A stretch of 64,000 nucleotides of DNA from Okamejei kenojei. Taxonomy: Eukaryota. Of this stretch, positions 60,879 through 64,000 are shown piece by piece (positions within the stretch are counted from its first letter, which is position 1; each line of letters opens with the position of its first letter). The position numbers and the translations under genes are program-made. Where the stretch lies: the NCBI GenBank assembly GCA_035221665.1, contig CM069160.1, positions 30,442,001 to 30,506,000 of the forward strand. Reading direction: 5' to 3'. The notes beneath the pieces are model-generated. The model did not search any database. It saw only the letters and a program-made list of their open reading frames with translations, and was not told where the DNA came from.

Positions 60879-63800
60879 CTGCGGAATCATAGAGTCACGG
60901 GGTAATACAGCGCGTAAAACAGGCCCTTCGGCCCAACTCCCCCAAACCGGCCAACAATGTCACAGCTACACTTGTCCCACCTGCCCGCGCTTGCTCCATA
61001 TCCCTCCAAACCCGGTACAGTGAAAAGATTTTGTCGCGTTCTATCCGTGCACCTGTACTTAAAGCCCTGTCCCACGGTACGGGTTCATTCCAAGAGCGCT
61101 CCCGTGTTTGCCCTGATTCGAACTCGGAGATTTACGGTAAAGGCCACTCGTCCGTACTCAGGGCTGTCGTGAACATTTTTCAACATGTTGAAAAATCTTC
61201 ACGAGTCCTCCCGTGCTTGCCTGCCATTAGCGAGTCTTCCCGAGTACCTGCCGTTAGCGTTACGAGCCGCTAAGAGACGTCCCAGAGCTCCGACGTACCC
61301 GCTACGATCATTCTACATGCTTACCACGAGTTTGATTTTTTTTTAAACTTGCGAGAGCACTTGGAATCAACTCGTATCATGGGACAAGGCTATAAGTATT
61401 GTGTATTGTGTGCAGTTTTGGTCCCCTAATTTGAGGAAGGACATTCTTGCTATTGAGGTAGTGCAGCGTAGGTTTACCAGGTTAATTCCCGGGATGGCGG
61501 GACTGTCATATGCTGAGAGAATGGAGCGGCTGGGCTTGTACACTCTGGAGTTTAGAAGGATGAGAGGGGATCTTATTGAAACATATAAGGTTATTAAGGG
61601 CTTGGACACGCTAGAGGCAGGAAAAATGTTCCCGATGTTGGGGGAGTCCAGAACCAGGGGGCCACAGTTTATAATAAGGGGTAAGCCATTTAGAACGGAG
61701 ATGAGGAAACATTTTTTTCTCACAGAGAGTTGCGAGTCTGTGGAATTCTCTGCCTCTGAGGGCGGTGGAGGCCGGTTCTCTGGATACTTTCAAGAGAGAG
61801 CTAGATAGGGCTCTTAAAAAGAGCGGAGTCGGGGGATATGGGGAGAAGGCAGGAACGGGGTACTGATTGGGGATGATCAGCCATGATCACATTGAATGGC
61901 GGTGCTGGTTCGAAGGGCCGAATGGCCTCCTGCATCTATTGTCTGTTGTCATTCCCACTCACACTGCTCCAGAGTGAATATCTGGCACAGCCTTTCACTG
62001 GTCACGTGGTTCCATAGTTCCTTAATTATCCCGTGTAGCAATGTACAGTGGGATTCTATTCTTTACATACAGATCAGTGACATTATTACCATATTTAATA
62101 ATTTGATAATGGGTATTTAATAATATTTCATAATTTAATAAGGGGTAAGCCATTTCGGACTGAGCTGAGGAAACACTTCTTCACTCCGAGAGTTGTGAGT
62201 CTGTGGATTTCCCTGCCTCAGAGGGCGGTCGAGGCCAGTTTTCTGGATACTTTCAAGAGAGAGCTAGATAGGGCTCTTAAAGATAGCTGAGTCAGGGCAT
62301 ACGGGGAGAAGGCAGGAACGGGGTACTGATTGGGGATCAGCCATGATCACATTGAATGGTGGTGCTGGCTCGAAGGGACAAATGGCCTACTCCTGCACCT
62401 ATTGTCTTCATTGTACAGTCCCCAGTAGCACGTAACAGAAAGAAACAGCCCACTGAGTGCACATCAGTTTCAGTTGCTTAGAATATTCCCACGTGTACTG
62501 AGGTACAGTGAAAAGATTTTGTTGCGTGCTATCCAGTCAGCGGAAAGATAATGCGTGATTACAATCGAGCCATTTAGTGTGTGGATACATGATAATGGAG
62601 TAAGGTTGAGTGCAAGGTAAACCAGCAAATTCCGATCAAGGACAGTCCGAGGGTGACCAATGAGGGAGAAGTTCCGCACTGCCCTCTGGTTGTGGTAGGA
62701 TAGTTCAGCCATCGAGTCACGGAGTGATACAGTGTGGAAAACAGGCTCTTCAGCCCAACCCACCCAACAATGTCCCAGCTACACTAGTCCCACCTGCCTG
62801 CGTTTGGTCCATAACTCTCCAAACCTGTCCCATCCATGTACCTGTCCAACTGTTTCTTAAACGTTGGGATAGTCCCGGCCTCAACTACCTCCTGCAGCAG
62901 CTTGTTCCATACACCCACCACCCACTGTGTGAAAAAGTTACCCCTTGAATTACTATTAAATCTTTTCCCCTTCACCTTGAACGCATGTCCTCTGGTCCTC
63001 GATTCCCCAACTCTGGGTAAATGACTTTACCCAATCTATTCCTCTCATGATTTTGTATACCTCTGTGAGATCTCCCCTCATCCTCTTACGCTCCATGGAA
63101 TAGAGACCCAGCCTACTCAACCACTCCCTCTAGTCCTGGCAACATCCTCGTAAATCTTTTCTGAACCCTTTAGAGACAGAGCAGCGGCGCGTAGACAGGG
63201 AACAGCGGGACTTCCGCAGGGAAACATGCAGGTTAGAAAATAGATAATAGGCAATAGACAATAGGTGCAGGAGTAGGCCATTCGGCCCTTCGAGCCAGCA
63301 CCGCCATTCAATGTGATCATGGCTGATCATCCCCAATCAGTACCCCGTTCCTGCTTTGTCCCCATATCCCCTGACTCCGCTATCTTTAAGAGTTCTAACT
63401 AGCTCTCTTGAATGTATCCAGAGAACCGCCCTCAGAGGCAGAGAATTCCACAGACTCACAGCTCTCTGTGAGAAAAAGTGTTTCCTCATCCCCGTTCTAA
63501 ATGGCTTACCCCTTATTCTTAATCTGTGGCCCCTGGTTCTGGACTCCCCCAACATCGGGAACATGTTGCCGATTTGCCTCTAGCGTGTCCAAATCCTTAA
63601 TAATCTCATATGTTTCAATAAGATCCCCTCTCATCCATCTAAACACCAGCCACTCCATTCTCTCAGCATATGACAGTCCCGCCATCCTGGGAATTAACCT
63701 GGTGAACCTACGCTGCACTCCCTCAATAGCAAGAATGTCCTTCCTCAAATTAGGGGACCAAAACTGCACACAATACTCCAGGTGTGGTCTCACTGGGGTC

Positions 63801-64000
63801 CTATATGCCTATAGGTCAAACTAGCATAGGGGTCAGCATTGACACCGTGGGCCAAATGGCCCGTTCCTGCCTGGTTCTGTATTCTGCCCTGATCTTCGAG
63901 GCTGCGCGGCAGGCAATTAAACCGTCACCTAACTAGACATTGGGTCCTGACCTCCCATCTATCTCATTGGAGATCCTCGGATTATCATCAATCAAACATT

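Noticed and set aside
61950-62100. Unique tract with a minus-strand GTGAGT donor, tested as an upstream PPT2 exon
   Set aside because: No frame resembles PPT2 (no VIVHG or CYSQ motif). The 5' exons probably lie beyond the window.

Overview
Vertebrate genomic DNA, most likely from a cartilaginous fish (skate/ray-type repeat content; this is an inference). The window is dominated by repeats: CR1 LINEs, tRNA-headed HE1-type SINEs, Penelope-derived elements, Rex1/Babar fragments and hAT/Harbinger non-autonomous DNA transposons. Three intron-containing genes lie in tandem on the minus strand. I reconstructed their exons by hand from GT/AG sites and phases, and most are absent or incomplete in the ORF track. 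(1) The last six coding exons of PPT2, a lysosomal thioesterase and MHC class III marker (60878->51095). (2) A butyrophilin/B7-type gene with signal peptide plus an internally duplicated IgV-IgC-IgV-IgC set (36202->25863). Its first IgC is frameshifted and has transposon insertions close on both sides, and no transmembrane exon is evident. (3) A butyrophilin-like gene with signal peptide, IgV, IgC, TM and a 33-nt cytoplasmic micro-exon (17850->3375), whose 3' end is not resolved. Other notable structure: a ~4.1-kb tandem duplication that copies the putative first exon/promoter of gene 2 and has an inverted templated insert at the junction; many hammerhead-ribozyme-like cores in Penelope-derived repeats; a 1.3-kb G-rich minisatellite filling a PPT2 intron; and a 137-N gap. 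Isolated indels suggest some assembly error.
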